Below are positions 62,400-64,000 of a stretch of DNA of 64,000 nucleotides, in pieces (position 1 is the first letter of the stretch; each line of letters opens with the position of its first letter). The notes beneath the pieces are model-generated. The model was not told the origin of the DNA, did not search any database, and saw only the letters and a list, made by a program, of their open reading frames with translations. The position numbers and the translations under genes are program-made. Origin of the DNA: Bdellovibrionota bacterium (GTDB taxonomy: Bacteria; Bdellovibrionota; UBA1018; CAIPTA01; JAALKR01); assembly GCA_965207455.1 (NCBI GenBank), contig CBDBMJ010000001.1, forward strand, positions 1,408,001 through 1,472,000, in the 5' to 3' direction.

Positions 62400-62624
62400 A
62401 TGAAAAAGAAGAAGCTACAGAAAAGCCATAAAGTACCTAAAATAATTACCGCAGAACTTAAATTAATAAAAATTTTTACAGCCATTATTGAGAGGAATTT
62501 AAAAAAACACGGATCACCTAAAGAAGCATCTCTCCAAGAGGATCTCCGAGAAGATCTCCAAGAGATTAGTAAAATACTCATTTTAATCGCCTACAAGCAA
62601 GAGGCCCATAAAGGAAAGGATTAA
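62400..62624 (+). CDS. Small basic hypothetical protein
   Basis: Strong AGGAGG RBS; sits directly behind the operator pair. Confidence 0.65.
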   Translation: MKKKKLQKSHKVPKIITAELKLIKIFTAIIERNLKKHGSPKEASLQEDLREDLQEISKILILIAYKQEAHKGKD

Positions 62625-62764
62625 TACACCTTGGTATCCCGTAAAAGAGCAAGAGCCCCACCCAGCAAAAGCCCTAAAAGGGCATATAAGCAAAAAAGCT
62701 TGAATAACGAATTTTTTATTCCTACTTATAGGCATAAAGCTTGAATAAAAACTGAACCCATTTA

Positions 62765-64000
62765 CTAATTTTTCTTTGTGGAGCACAGATAATTTAAGGA
62801 AGAACCCGCCTGAAACCAATGTATTTGATCCGCATTGAGAGTATGGGCCAGCTCAATAGTCGCAGTGGAATGATCTTTATGCAAAATTTTTGCTGTAACT
62901 TTTTTACCCGGAGCCAGCGACTTTAAATCCAATACACTGATCGTATCTCCCACTCGCACAAGATCGTAATCCTTCGGATCGACAAATGTCAGAGGAAGCA
63001 CACCCTGTTTTTTCAAGTTCGTTTCGTGAATACGAGCAAAGCTACGAACAATAACAACAACAGCACCTAAAAATCGAGGACTCATGGCTGCGTGCTCTCG
63101 ACTGGACCCCTCCCCATAGTTTATATCCCCAACAACAACCCAAGAAAGCCCTTGGGCCTTATAAGCCCTTGCCACTTGAGGAATAGGCTCATGCTTTTCC
63201 GTTAGTATATTCAATGTTTGGCCAGCCTCTGGAGAAAATTCGTTTATCGCTCCCGTAAACATATTGTCGCTAATATTATCCAAGTGCCCCCGGAATTTTA
63301 ACCATTTCCCCGCAGGGGAAATATGGTCCGTGGTGCACTTACCTTTTGCTTTTAACAAAACGGGAAGCTCTAAAAAATCCTTACCACTCCAAGAATCAAA
63401 GGGCTTTAGTAGCTGAAGCCTAGTGGAATCCTCTTCGATAACCACAGGCGCACTACCACCTTGAGGAGCCACGTGCCCCTCACTAGCAAAGATAAAACCC
63501 TTGGCAGGTAAGTCCGGTGCAGGTGCTGGTGCCTGGAGCCGAAATTTTGTTCCATCGGAAGATTCCAGCTCATCATGGAGCGGATCAAAAAAGATGGACC
63601 CACCAATACCTAAAGCCACTGTAATCTCTGGACTGGCTAGAAAGGATTGAGTGGAACGGTTCCCATCGTTTCTACCAGGAAAATTTCGATTAAAACTGGA
63701 AATAATGGAGTTGACCTCCCCCTCTTTCCTATCATCCCTATGCCACTGGCCAATGCATGGCCCACAAGAGTTCGTAAAAACAACTCCCCCTAATTTCTCT
63801 AAGGCATCCAACTGACCATCTCGCTTTACCGTTTCATATATCTGCTCACTACCCGGAGAAATATTGAGAGGCAACTTTGTTTTTAAACCTTTTCGCAAAG
63901 CCTGCTTTGCCACATCAGCAGCACGACTAATGTCTTCATAGGAAGAGTTTGTACAACTACCAATTAAGGCTGCTGTTAACTCCGAATACCCCTCCCTCTT
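62765..64000 (-). CDS. Aconitate hydratase (mitochondrial-like type), 5' part outside window
   Basis: Frame open to the window edge: LIGSCTNSSYED, CGPCIGQW, CTTDHISPAG, NYGEGSSREHAA. Confidence 0.93.
   Translation of the reverse strand, partial: KREGYSELTAALIGSCTNSSYEDISRAADVAKQALRKGLKTKLPLNISPGSEQIYETVKRDGQLDALEKLGGVVFTNSCGPCIGQWHRDDRKEGEVNSIISSFNRNFPGRNDGNRSTQSFLASPEITVALGIGGSIFFDPLHDELESSDGTKFRLQAPAPAPDLPAKGFIFASEGHVAPQGGSAPVVIEEDSTRLQLLKPFDSWSGKDFLELPVLLKAKGKCTTDHISPAGKWLKFRGHLDNISDNMFTGAINEFSPEAGQTLNILTEKHEPIPQVARAYKAQGLSWVVVGDINYGEGSSREHAAMSPRFLGAVVVIVRSFARIHETNLKKQGVLPLTFVDPKDYDLVRVGDTISVLDLKSLAPGKKVTAKILHKDHSTATIELAHTLNADQIHWFQAGSSLNYLCSTKKN

Overview
Bacterial chromosomal window, most likely from a Bdellovibrionota-like deltaproteobacterium. 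That assignment is an inference from the alternative complex III, system II cytochrome c maturation, an AglRQS-like motor triad, a bacterial histone and several RCC1 lipoproteins. The housekeeping backbone comprises actABCDEF, ccsBA, gap-pgk-tpiA-secG, ileS-thyA, fumC, a liu leucine-degradation operon, trxA, gmhA, polA, bfr, tRNA-Ser(GGA) and a partial aconitase. AT-rich accessory blocks are interspersed. Main observations: (1) a histone-fold gene with a basic Thr/Lys/Arg N-terminal tail; (2) a tandem array of structured 221-bp repeats behind tRNA-Ser, each ending in the tRNA 3' end and carrying an antisense copy of the T-arm; (3) a subtilase lipoprotein with all three catalytic residues replaced, directly downstream of an apparently intact Prc-like protease; (4) a Doc/Fic gene flanked by a duplication of the ileS start region; (5) three tandem mosaic secreted hexapeptide beta-helix genes; (6) an XRE/ImmA-like switch with three matching palindromic operators around a small unknown gene. 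No CRISPR array, rRNA, integrase or transposase was recognised. All family calls come from motifs read by eye; no database searches were run.
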